This document shows, in pieces, positions 26,597 to 38,185 of a stretch of 64,000 nucleotides of DNA. Positions within the stretch are counted from its first letter, which is position 1. Each line of letters begins with the position of its first letter. Source of the DNA: Mobula hypostoma (lineage: Eukaryota). A program made the translations under genes and the position numbers. The stretch covers positions 199,766,001-199,830,000 of the forward strand of contig NC_086097.1 of NCBI RefSeq assembly GCF_963921235.1, read 5' to 3'. The notes below the pieces were generated by a model. The model was not told the DNA's origin. It did no database searches and worked only from the letters and a program-made list of their open reading frames with translations.

Positions 26597-27980
26597 TCAA
26601 AGTAAATTTATTATCAAACTGCACGTAAATCACCATATACTACCCTGAGATTCATTTTCTTGTGGGCATTTGTAGTTCGTTTGCTCATCGTGCATTGATG
26701 AAAACCACTCTAGTCATCCATGATTTGTAGAGGCTGGAGTGGTCTGTGGGTATGCAGATGGCTAGAGAGGCAAATCCATGCTTAGTTCTTTGACAGTGGG
26801 GACAAAAGATGGTAGCCACGTTGGGTTGGTGTATGCTGGAATGGGTTTCCTGGCCAATCTATGCCTCTCTGCTGGAATTGTCCTTTCTGCCTTGTGTCAC
26901 TGCATCCTTATGGAGGAAGGAGTGCCACTCGACCTGATCCATGGCAATATGTTCCCATATGTCTCGGCTGATGCCAAAGGCTTTTAGTGAAGTTTTTAGG
27001 ATATCTTCATAGCATTTCATTTGGCCTTTACAGGAACGCTTTTATTTATGTAGCTCACAGTAAGGCAATTTCTTAAGCAGCCAATTGTCTGGCATGTGCC
27101 CTCTTCACACTGTTACCATTGGGAAGGAGGTACAGAAGCCTGAAGGCACACACTCAGCGATTCAGGAACAGCTTCTTCCCCTCTGCCATCTGATTCCTAA
27201 ATGGACATTGAACCCATAAACACAACCTCGATACTTTTTTTCTCCTGTTATTTTTGCACTAATTATTTTAATTTAAGCAAGCACATGCACACGCACTTTA
27301 ATTCAGCTTTTTCCCTGTATTCAATGTAACTGGGACTGCATCAGGATGGTATAGATGCTGGGCAGGCCCACATTATAAGTTTCTCAGTGTCAAGGATTCT
27401 ATCTTGTCACTTAATTTTCATACCGTCTTGAAATGGTTCAGTTTCTTGGCATGTTGTTGGTACACTGTCCATGATTCGCAGGCATAAAGCAGAATGGGAA
27501 GCACTGCGGCCCTATGCACCTACAGCTTCATCTGTAGACTTGTGCCACTTTGTTTGAGACATTGATACTATTGTTTCTTATTATACCAATGATAAATCAC
27601 ATACAACCGAAATGGCCAAACAACCAAAGTACAAAAGGCAACAAACTAGAAATAAAAAAAAGGAAAGAAAAAATAAATAAGCAATTAATATCAACCATAT
27701 GAGTTATTGAGTCTTTAAAAGTGAGTTCATAGGTTGTGGAATCAGTTCAATGTTGAGGTGAGTGAGGTTGAATTAAGTTATCTCCTCTGATTCAAGAGTC
27801 CAGTGGTTGAGGGGTAATAACTGTTCCTGAACCTGGTGGTGTGGGATGTGAGGGTCCTGTACCACTTCCCTGATGGCAGTATCAAGAAGAAATCATGGAC
27901 TGGATGGTAAGGTCCTTGATGATGGATGCTGCTTTCCTGTAAAAGTGCTCTATGTAGATGTGCTTAATGGTGGGACAAAG
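26597..27980 (-). mobile_element. Rex1 3' end split by an RTE LINE fragment (~26680-27560), itself split by a + strand Rex1 fragment (~27100-27330)
   Basis: RTE motifs on the minus strand: LPILLYACESWTVYQQHAKKLNHF and GHMPD..L.K...CEL...KCYEDILKTSLK...WEHIAMDQVEW; Rex1 3' UTR on both sides. Confidence 0.7.
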
Positions 27981-28014
27981 CCACTTGAAAAATTGGAAAC
28001 ATCACTCCACTCTT

Positions 28015-28870
28015 CAAGAAGAGAAAAAGGCAGAAGAAAGAAAGCTGTAGGCCAGTTGGTCTGAACTCTAGTTGGGAAGATGCTGGAATCGATTGTTAAG
28101 GATGTGGTTATGGGATACTTGGAGGCACATGATAAAATAGGCCTAGTTAGCATGGTTTCCTCAAGGGAAAAGCTTGCTTGACAAACCTGTTGAAATTCTT
28201 TAAAGAAATAACAAGTAGGATAGACGAAGGAGAGTCGCTTGATGTTGTGTATTTGGTTTTTCAGAAGGCCTTTGACAAGGTGCCATACATGAGGCTGCTT
28301 AATGAGCTACAAGCCCTTGGTATTGCAGGAAAGATTCCAGCATGGATAAAGCAGTGGCTGATCGGCAGGGGGGCAAGGATTGGGAATAAAAGAATCCAAT
28401 CACAAACGAGAAAATTTGCAGATGCTGGAAATCCAAGCAACATACAAAATGTAAGAGAAACTTAGCAGGCCAAGTAGCATCTAGGAAAAGAGAACAGTCA
28501 GGCCAAAACGCTTCCTTTTGTCTTGTATGTCAATTGGCTTGTCATATGAAGAGCATTTGATGGCTCTGGGCTTGTGTTCACTGGAATTCAGAAAGATGAA
28601 GGCTGACCTCATTGAAACCTACTAAGTTGTGAAAGACCTTGATAGTGGATATAGAGAGGATGTTTCCTATGGTGGGAGGATCTAAGACCAGAGGACACAG
28701 GCTCAGAATAGAGGGCCTTCTTTTTGGAATGGAGAAGAGGGGGAATTTCTTTAGCCAGAGTGGTGAATCTGTGGAGTTCTTTGCCATAGGCAGCTGTGTA
28801 GGATAAGTCTATCTAAGGCAAGGTTATTGAGCCAAATGGTCTGATTCTGCTCCTATATCTTATGCTCTTC
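28015..28870 (+). mobile_element. CR1 LINE fragments with a Penelope tail insertion (~28400-28510)
   Basis: LTNLLKFFKEITSRIDEGESLDVVYLVFQKAFDKVP, then CR1 3' region. Confidence 0.8.
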
Positions 28871-29189
28871 TGATCTTGTATCCACTACTTTTTGTAGGCT
28901 TTTCTGTTCAAGGGCATTGGTGTTCCCATACCAGGCTGTGATGCAACTAGTCGGTATACTCTCCAAGCTTGTCAAAGTTTTAAATGACGTGCAAATCTGT
29001 GTAAACTTCTAAGAAGGCAGAGGCACTGCTGCGCCTTCTTTGTAATGGCAGTACAAAGTACCTTGTAGTGCACTAAAAGGGACTAATATTCTCAGAGCAA
29101 GGTTTGGGGAATGTTTAAACTAGCTTAGTAGGGAATCAAAACCTTAGAGTGTCAAGATAGACAGAAGAACAGCTAGAATTGCAAGTTAG

Positions 29190-30490
29190 GTTGGTCCTGA
29201 CTAGACTGAACTCCTGCCTCAGCAAGGACCTGGACCTGTTGCAATTTGCCGATCACCACAATAGGCCAATGGCAGATGCGATCTCAATGGCTCTCCATGT
29301 GGCTTTAGACCACCTGGACAACACAAGCACCTATGTCAGGATGCTGCTCATCAATTATGGCTCAGCATTTAATACCATCATTCCCACAATCCTGATAGAG
29401 AAATTACAGAATTTGGGCCTCTATACCTCCCTCTGCAATTGGATCCTTGACTTCCTAACCAGAAGACCACAGTCTGTGTGGATCTCCTCCTCGCTGATGA
29501 TCAGCACTCGTGCACCTTGGGGGTATGTGCTTAGCCCACTGCTCTACTCTCTATATACCCATGACTGTATGGCTAGGCATAGCTCAAATACCATCTGTAA
29601 ATTTGCTGACGATACGACTATTGTTGGTAGAATCTCAGGTGGTGACAAGGGAGAGTACAGGAGTGAGATATGCCAACCATGGAGTGGTGCTGCAGCAACA
29701 ACCTGGCATTCAACGTCAGTGAGATGAAAGAGCTGATTGTGGACTTCAGGAAGGGTTAGATGAAGGAACACATACCAATCCTCATAGAGGGATAAGAAGT
29801 GGAGAGAGTGAGCAGCTTTAAGTTCCTGGGTGTTAAGATCTCTGAGGAGCTAACCTGGTCCCAACATATCGATGCAGTTATATAAAAGGCAAGGCAGCAG
29901 CTATACTAGGAGTTTGAAGAGATTTGGTATGTCAACAAATACACTCAAAAACTTCTATAGTTGTACCGTGGAGAGCATTCTGACAGGCTGTATCACTGTC
30001 TGGTGCGTGGGGGGGCTACTGCACAGGAACGAAAGAAGCTGCAGAGGGTTGGAAATTTAGTCAGCTCCATCTTGCGTACTAGCCTACAAAGTACCCAGAA
30101 CATCTTCAAGGAGTGGTGTCTCAGAAAGGCACCATCCATTATTAAGGACCTCCAGCACCCAGGGCATGCCTTTTTCTCACTGTTGCCATCAGGTAGGAGG
30201 TACAGAAACCTGAAGGCACACACTCAGCGATTCAGGAACAGCTTCTTCCCCTCTGATACCCAATGCCTAAATGGACATTAGGACCCTACCTCACTTTTTT
30301 TAAAATATATAGTATTTCTGTTTTTTGCACTATTTTTAATCTATTCAGTATATGTATACTGTATAGAATACACTGAATAAGCTTTATTATTATTTTATTT
30401 TTTTCTTCTATGTATTGCATTGAACTGCTGCTAAGTTAACACACTTCACATCACATGCCGGTGATAATAAACCTGATTCTGATTTTGAAT
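29190..30490 (+). mobile_element. Rex1/Babar LINE, 5'-truncated
   Basis: LDLLQFA...DAISMALH..LDHLD...[18 protein letters not shown] and KFADDTT; RFRNSFFPS; aataaacctgattctgatt tail. Confidence 0.9.
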
Positions 30491-30967
30491 GTAATAAGCC
30501 AAATAAAGAAATGGTGAAAACAAAGGTAATGGCAAATATTGAACAATAAAACTATATTTAGAGGTGCTTTATCTAAATGCAAGCTACACCTGCAACAATT
30601 AATGGTGTGAATAGTGTTAAATGGATAGGAGCTAATTACCTGCAAAATGAAAGGATCTTGGGCTTTATTGTAGAGTATCAAAAAGGAACTTGGTTTGGTA
30701 TGTCAAAATATAGAATTAGTTTGCAGCAGGCATACTGCTGGGAGATGACTAAATACCTCCAATTTAGTAGTGGTGGCGTTAATGAGGAAAATGAACGTGC
30801 ATGTAACATGAATGATTCCGCTTTAATCTATGAATGGACAGACTAATTCCAATTAGTATTGACAATGTCGAGGATAAATACCTGGATTGTGTATGAGATG
30901 GATTTCCAGTCGTTATGTTGAGAAATTGACAAGGGACCAGGTTAGTTGAGATTTTTGCAGATCAGAA

Positions 30968-31948
30968 ATGACGCCTCCTCACTGATGATCAACACTTGCG
31001 CACCTCAAGGATGTGCTTAGCCCACTTCAGTACTCTCTCCATACCCATGATTGTGTGGCTAGGCATACCCCAAATACCACCTGGAAATTTGCCAACAGCA
31101 CAACTATTGTTGGCAGAATTTCAGATGGTGACGAGGAGGCGTACAGGGGAGAGATAGATTAGCTGCTTGAGTGAGTGGTGTTACAGCAACAATCTTGCAC
31201 TCAATTTCAGTAAGACCAAAAAATTGATTGTGGATTTTTGGAAGGGAGAGTCGAGGGAACACATACCAGTCCTCATTGAGGCATCAGATGTGGAAAGGTT
31301 GAACAGTTTCAAGTTCCTGGGTGTCAACTTCTGAGGATCTATCCTGGATCCAACATATTGATGCAATTATAAAGAAGGCAGCGACTATATTTCACTAGGA
31401 GTTTGAGTGGAATTGGTATGTCACCTTAGACTGACTCACAAATTTCTACATATGCACCATGGAGAATATTCTGAATGTTTGCATCACTGCCTGGTATGGA
31501 GGGGCTACTGCAAAGAATCGGAAAAAGCTGGAGGAAGTTGTAGACTCAGTCAGCCAGCTTCACTATGGGCACGAGCCTCTCCAGCATCCAGGACACCGTC
31601 ATAAGCCGATGCCTCAAAAAGACAGCATCCATCATTAAGGACCCCTATCACCCAGAACATGCTGCCTTTTCATTACTACCATCCAGGAGGAGGCACAGGA
31701 GCCTGAAGCCACACACTCAATGTTTCAGGAACAGCTGCTTCTCCTCTGCCATCAGATTACTGAGTGGATAATCAACCCATGTACACTACCTCAGTATTTT
31801 TCCCCTCTTTTTGGATTACTTAATTTTCTTTTTTATATATACTTATTGCAATTTATAGTTTTTATTATTATGTATTGCAATGTACCGCTGCCACAGAGCA
31901 ACAAATTTCATGACATATGTCAGTGATATTAAACCTGATTATGATTCT
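30968..31948 (+). mobile_element. Rex1/Babar LINE, 5'-truncated
   Basis: Clear nucleotide similarity to 29480-30490; ASIIKDPYHP...CFRNSCFSSAIRLL; cctgattatgattct tail. Confidence 0.9.
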
Positions 31949-32169
31949 ATTACAAGAAAAAGTTAATGAGTAATCTTGTTGCAGAGCATTCCATAGGAAC
32001 GAGTAACAATAATATGGTAGAATTTTGTATTAAGTTGAAAGTGATTTAATTTGCTTAGATTGAATTCACCTGCGAAAGTGGGAGAGACCGGTTGTCTGTG
32101 GTATATTGAGAATTGGCTTTAAAAGGTATATGTCAATGGCTAGCATTTTAAAGTAAAACATTGTTTGCA

Positions 32170-33460
32170 ACAAATATACATTTGATTAGGAATAGTCAGC
32201 ATGCCTTTGTTAAAGGCATGTCGTGCCTTACGAGCCTGATTGAATTTCTTGAGAATGTGACTAAACACCTTCATGAAGGTAGAGCCATAGATGTGTATGT
32301 GGATTTCAGCAAGGCATTTGATAAGGTACCCCATGCCAGGCTTATTGAGAAAGTAAGGAGGCATGGGATCCATGGGGACTTTGCTTTGTGGATCCAGAAT
32401 TGGCTTGCCCACTGAAGGCAAAGAGTGGTTGTAGACGGGTCATATTCTGCATGGAGGTCGGTGACCAGTGGTGTGCCTCAGGGATCTGTTCTGGGACCAC
32501 TTTCCCTTTTGTGATTTTTATAAATAACCAGAATGGGGAAGTGAGGGATGGGTTAATAAATTTGCTGATGACACAAAGGTTGGGGGTGTTGTTGATAGTG
32601 TGGAGGGCTGTCAGAGGTTACAGCGGGACAACAATAGGATGCAAAATTGGGCTGAGAAGTGGCAGATGGAGTTCAACCCAGGTAAGTGTGAGGTGGTTCA
32701 TTTTGGTAGGTCAAATATAGTATTAATGATAACACTCTTGGCAGAGTGGAGAATCAGAGGAATCTTGTGGTCCGAGTCCATAGGACACTCGAAGCTGCTG
32801 CACAGGTTGACTGTGTTGCAAAGAAGGCATACGGTGTATTGGCCTTCATCAACCGTGGGATTGAGTTTAAGAGCTGAGAGGTAATGTTATAGCCATATAG
32901 GACCCTGATCAGACCCCACTTGGAGTATTGTGCTCAGTTCTGGTCACCTCACTACAGGAAGGATGTGGAAACCATAGAAAGGGTGCAGAGGAGATTTACA
33001 AGGATGTTGTCTGGATTGGGGAGCATGCCTTATGAGAAAAGGTTGAGTGAACTTGGCCTTTTCTCCTTGGAGCGGTGGAGGATGAGAGGTGACCTGATAG
33101 AGATGCATAAGATGATGAGAGGCATTGATCATATGGATAGTCAGAGGCTTTTTCCCAGGGCTGAAATGGCAACACAAGAGGGCACAGTTTTAAGGTGCTT
33201 GGAGGTAGGTACAGAGGAGATGTCAGGGGTAATTTTTTTATGCAGAGAGTGGTGAGTGCGTGGAATGGGCTGCCAGCGACGGTGGTGGAGGCGGAAACGA
33301 TAGAGTCTTTGAAGTGATTCCTGGATAGGTACATGGAGCTTAGAGAAATAGAGGGCTATGGGTAACCCTAGGTAATTTCTAAAGTGAGTACATGTTCGAC
33401 ACAGCATTGTGTGCCAAAGGGCCTGTATTGTGCTGTAGCTTTTTCTGTGTTTCTATGTTT
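32170..33460 (+). mobile_element. CR1 LINE, 5'-truncated
   Basis: SQHAFVKGMSCLTSLIEF, YVDFSKAFDKVPH and LEYCAQFWSPHYRKD; (tttctatg)n tail. Confidence 0.92.
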
Positions 33461-33827
33461 TATGTCATAATGGCACAAGTGACCTTTTTATTGGGAAAAC
33501 AAATTACAATGAGTAAAATGGTATACAGCATTAAAAAATATTTGGAGGTATATAAAAAGAAAAGGTAGCAGGAGCAATTGTCAGTCCTTTACAGAGTGGA
33601 GCATTTATAGTTGTGTATAAGAAAATAGCAGAGAAATTATGCAAATATGTGAGCCTCCTATAGTGAAGGTAGCCAAAACAACCATAGAAATAACGGGGAA
33701 CCAAGGTTTCTATGGAAATAAAGGAGTATTACTAGAAAGAAGTATGAGCCTGCAAACTGAATTTATCAATATCCCAGAGTTTTGAAAGATGAGGTTGTGG
33801 AATTTGTGGAAGTTTTAAATATTATAT

Positions 33828-34096
33828 TGTGGCGACCCACTTTCTGGCACACATGAACCGGCTCACAACAGCGCGCGCAGGCAGAGGGCCGGCCCCAGAA
33901 AGGGCGCCAGGCCATCTTCACCAGTGCGCGGAAAGGGTCTGGGAATAGGCAGTCCCCACGGTAGTCCCGCCCAGGGAGGGCGGGAACGGGAAGGCTGTAA
34001 ACCAGGCCGTGAAGTTAGAATAAATCTCTTTCATCGCAACTCTAACTCACCAACTCCGTGTGGTTATTCTAGCGCTGTGTGTAGCACACCGCTACA
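33828..34096 (+). repeat. 5' LTR (269 bp)
   Basis: tgtggcgacc...caccgctaca; direct repeat of 37901-38185 with a 16-bp deletion; AATAAA at 34019-34024. Confidence 0.97.
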
Positions 34097-34098
34097 AT

Positions 34099-34112
34099 TG
34101 GTGACCCCAACG
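34099..34112 (+). promoter_or_regulatory. Primer binding site, tRNA-Trp
   Basis: TGGTGACCCCaACG, 2 nt after the LTR; complementary to the 3' end of eukaryotic tRNA-Trp (TGGTGACCCCGACG) with one mismatch. Confidence 0.85.
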
Positions 34113-34136
34113 GCCCAAATGATATTTGGACCAGAG

Positions 34137-34841
34137 ATGACCGACGCCGCATCTGTTCACGCAGTTTTGTTAAAACTGCCAAGCTTCTGGACGAAGCGAT
34201 CCCATTTATGATTCGAACAAGCAGAAGCACAATTCCGCATTTGGCAGATAACCTCGGAGTCCACTCGCTACTACTACGTGCTGAGCTCCCTCAACCAGGA
34301 GACAGCTGCACAAGTTGAGGAGTTTATACAGTCGCCCCCGGAGGACGGCAAATACACAGCATTTAAAGCCCTGCTCATAAGGACTTTCGGACTCTCACGG
34401 CGCGAACGAGCACGCTGCTTAATGCACCTGGATGGTTTGGGAGACAGACCGTCGTCAGCATTAATGAACGAGATGCTGGCCCTGGCTGAAGGACACAAAC
34501 CGTGCCTCATGTTTGAGCAGGCGTTCCCAGAGCAACTACCCGAAGACATATGCCTGCTGCTGTCCGACGCAGATTTCAGCAACCCCTGAGAGGTGGCGGC
34601 CCGAGCAGATGTGCTGTGGAATGCCAGGAAAGAGAGAGGGGCGCCCGTCGCACAGATCACCAAGCCGCGTGCCCAATGACAGACCAGACCAGGCCCGGCA
34701 GCAGAGCCTACAAAATCCGGCGATGGGAGTGAGGAGCCCAACAAACAATGGTGCTTCTACCACCAGCGGTGGGGCACAGAGGCCCGCCGCTGCAGACCGC
34801 CCTGCAAATTCCTGGGAAACGCCAGGGCCAGTCGCCGCTGA
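34137..34841 (+). pseudogene. Gypsy gag with three premature TGA stops
   Basis: MTDAASVHAVLLKLPSFW...FEQAEAQF...[19 protein letters not shown] (CHCC knuckle); in-frame stops at 34209, 34587 and 34677. Confidence 0.9.
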
Positions 34842-34859
34842 TGACTACGGCGGCTGGCC
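34814..34859 (+). promoter_or_regulatory. -1 programmed ribosomal frameshift signal (G GGA AAC plus hairpin)
   Basis: Slippery heptamer in the gag frame at 34814-34820, a 5-nt spacer, and a 12-bp stem (34826-34837/34848-34859); pol lies in the -1 frame. Confidence 0.8.
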
Positions 34860-37800
34860 ATCAGGACAGCCTCCTGTACGTCTGGGACAAGCAGTCAGGA
34901 CGCCGCTTTTTGGTCGACACCGGAGCAGAGATCAGCGTCTTACCTCCAACGAGTTATGATACCTGCAACAGAGAACCGGGACACACCCTGAGGGCCGCAA
35001 ATAGCAGCACAATACGAACCTATGGCACCCGCACGGTGCGGCTACAGTTCGGCTCCAGCCGGTTCACGTGGGACTTCACACTGGCCGCCGTGGCCCAACC
35101 GCTCCTGGGGGCGGATTTTCTACGAGCCCACAGCCTGCTGGCCGACCTGCAAGGGAAGCGATTAGTCCACGCCAGGACTTTTCAAACTTTCTCCCTGGGT
35201 GAAGCACAGTTGTCAGCCCCACACCTGGACTCCATCACGCTGTCCGACGACAAATTCACCAGGGTCCTGGTGGATTTCCCATCAGTACTGACACTGCAGT
35301 TCACGGCAGCCATGCCCAGACACGGAGTACAGCACCACATCCCGACCCAGGGACCACCCCTCCACGCCCGTGCTCGAAGGCTTCCCCCGGACAAGCTCCA
35401 ACTGGCGAAGGAGGAGTTCAAGAAGATGGAAGAATTGGGGATCATACGACGGTCCGACAGCCCATGGGCCTCCCCCCTTCACATGGTGCCCAAGGCAACG
35501 GGGGGCTGGAGACCATGTGGTGACTACCGCAGACTGAACGAGGCTACAACGCCAGACCGCTACCCTGTGCTGCACATTCAAGACTTCGCAGCAAACCTAC
35601 ACGGCGCAAGGATCTTTTCCAAGGTAGACCTCGTCCCGGGATACCATCAAATCCCTGTACATCCGGACGACATCCCCAAAACAGCACTTATCACCCCGTT
35701 CGGACTTTTCGAATTCCTCCGAATGCAGTTTGGTTTAAAGAATGCCGCACAGACTTTCCAGCGGCTAATGGACGCGGTGGGACGCGACCTGGACTTTGCA
35801 TTCATCTATTTGGACGACATCCTCATAGCAAGCAGTAGTCGGCAGGAGCATCTGTCCCACCTCCGCCAGCTCTACTCCCGCCTGAGCGAATTTGGCCTTA
35901 CAATCAACCCAGCCAAATGCCAGTTCGAACTCAACACCATCGACTTCCTGGGCCACAGGATTACTAAAGACGGGGCAACCCCGCTGCCCGCCAAGGTAGA
36001 CGCGGTCCGCAACTTCCCCCGACCCAACACAATCAAAGACCTGCAGGAATTCGTGGGTATGGTGAATTTCTACCACCGTTCCCTCCCCTCAGCAGCCCGA
36101 ACCATGCGACCCCTGTTCACTCTAATGTCGGGTAAGGGCAAGGACATTACCTGGGACGAAGAGGCCTCAACCGCTTTCGTTAAAACGAAAGAAGCCTTGG
36201 CAAACGCCGCGATGCTAGTGCACCCCAGAACGGACGTTCCTACTGCCCTCACGGTGGACAACACAGCGGTCGGTGGAGTGCTGGAACAACTCATCGAGGG
36301 TCGCTGGCAACCCCTGGCATTCTTCAGCAAACACCTACGACCACCTGAACTCAAATACAGTGCTTTCGACCGGGAGCTATTGGCAGTATACCTGGCAATC
36401 CAGCATTTCAGTTACTTCTTAGAAGGTAGGCCCTTCACCGCATTCAACGACCACAAACCGCTTACCTTTGCGTTCATGAAGGCGTCCGACCCCTGGTCGT
36501 CCCGCCAGCAGCGACATCTGTCCTACATCTCCTAGTACACGACGGACATCTGGCATGTCTCTGGAAAGGACAACGTCGTGGCGGACGCACTTTCCAGACC
36601 TACCATACAGGCCCTGTCCCAGGGGGTGGACTATACAGCGCTGGCAGAGGCACAGCAGACAGACGCTGAGATCCCCAGTTACAGGACTGCAGTCTCCGGT
36701 TTGCAGCTCCAAGACCTCCCCGTAGGCCCAGGTGAGAGGACCCTACTGTGTGACGTAGCTACCGGCCAACCCCACCTTGTCGTCCCAGCAGACTGGCGCC
36801 GGCAGGTTTTCGAGTCCATTCACAACTTAGCGCACCCCTCCATCAGGACAACCGTCCGGCTGGTCTCCAACAGGTTCGTGTGGCATGGTCTGCGTAAACA
36901 GGTCAGTGAATGGGCCAAAACGTGCATGCAGTGCCAAACGGCCAAGGTGCAGCGGCACACCAAGGCTCCACCGCAGCGGTTCGAACCCACCCGCCGGAGG
37001 TTCGACCACATCCATGTGGATATCGTGGGGCCCCTGCCAGTGTCGCGAGGAGCGCAGTACCTACTAACTGTGATAGACCGGTTCACCAGATGGCCAGAGG
37101 CAGTCCCGCTCACCGACACCACCTCCGAATCCTGCGCCCGAGCACTGATCGCAACCTGGGTAGCCCGCTTCGGGGTACCGGCCCACATTACCTCCGACAG
37201 GGGCGCCCAGTTCACCTCCAGCCTGCGGTCGGCTATGGCCAACCTTTTAGGATCGCAGCTACACCACACAACTGCCTACCACCCACAGTCAAACGGACTA
37301 GTGGAGCGTTTCCACCGTCACCTGAAGTCGGCTCTCATGGCCCGCCTGGAGGGACCTAACTGGGTGGACGAGCTTCCCTGGGTCCTGCTCGGAATCTGCA
37401 CGGCGCCCAAAGAGGATCTGCACACCTCGTCGGCCGAATTGGTGTACGGCGCACGCCTGGTAGTCCCAGGAGAGTTCATACCAGCCCCAAGGGGGCAAGA
37501 GGAAGAACCCACAGCAGTCCTGGACAGACTACGGGACAGGCTGGGTAACCTGGCCCCCATCCTCACTTCACAGCACGGACAGAGCCCTACCTGCGTACCC
37601 AAAGACCTGCAGAACTGTAAGCTTCTTTTTGTACGACGGGGCGGACATCGGGCACCGCTACAGCGGCCCTATGAGGGGCCGTTTAAGGTGATCAGGAACA
37701 ATGGGTCCACGTTCGTGCTGGACATTGGGGGGAGAGAGGAGGTTTTCACGGTGGACCGACTCAAACCGGCCCATGTGGACTTGGCGCAGCCGGTCCAGGC

Positions 37801-37882
37801 TCAGGCACCGCGGTGCAGGGGCAAACCTCCCAAACAGAGGCCGATCCAGACTGTGGACATTGGGGGAGGTATCGCCGGTTCT

Positions 37883-37897
37883 GGGGGGGTGGGTGGG
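37883..37897 (+). promoter_or_regulatory. Polypurine tract
   Basis: G-rich run gggggggtgggtggg just upstream of the 3' LTR. Confidence 0.75.
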
Positions 37898-37900
37898 TTA

Positions 37901-38185
37901 TGTGGCGACCCACTTTCTGGCACACACGAACCGGCTCACAACAGCGCGCGCAGGCAGAGGGCCGGCCCCAGAAAGGGTGCCAGGCCATCTTCACCAGCAG
38001 GGGGAAAATCCTGCGCGCGGAAAGGGTCTGGGAATAGGCATTCCCCATGGTAGTCCCGCCCAGGGAGGGCGGGAACGGGAAGGCTTTAAAGCAGGCCGCG
38101 AAGTTTGAATAAATCTCTTTCATCGCAACTCTAACTCACCGACTCCGTGTGGTTATTCTAGCACTGTGTGTAGCACACCGCTACA
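37901..38185 (+). repeat. 3' LTR (285 bp)
   Basis: tgtggcgacc...caccgctaca; AATAAA at 38108-38113. Confidence 0.97.

Larger units (their letters stand above)
34814..38053 (+). pseudogene. Gypsy pol (protease, RT, RNase H, integrase) with one premature stop
   Basis: [20 protein letters not shown] and YLDDILI; RNase H with AFFSK...[10 protein letters not shown]; integrase H-H-C-C, HVDIVGPL/SDRGAQF/VERFH and PYEGPF. TAG at 36533-36535 separates two same-frame ORFs (34748-36535, 36578-38053). Confidence 0.95.
33828..38185 (+). mobile_element. Full-length Ty3/Gypsy LTR retrotransposon, CsRn1-like, inactivated
   Basis: TG...CA LTR pair, ATAT TSD (33824-33827 and 38186-38189), PBS, PPT, and gag plus PR-RT-RNaseH-IN order. 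Confidence 0.97.

Noticed and set aside
34274..38123. Many overlapping alternative-frame and antisense ORFs inside the Gypsy element
   Set aside because: Expected in GC-rich coding sequence; no recognisable domains and no env-like ORF
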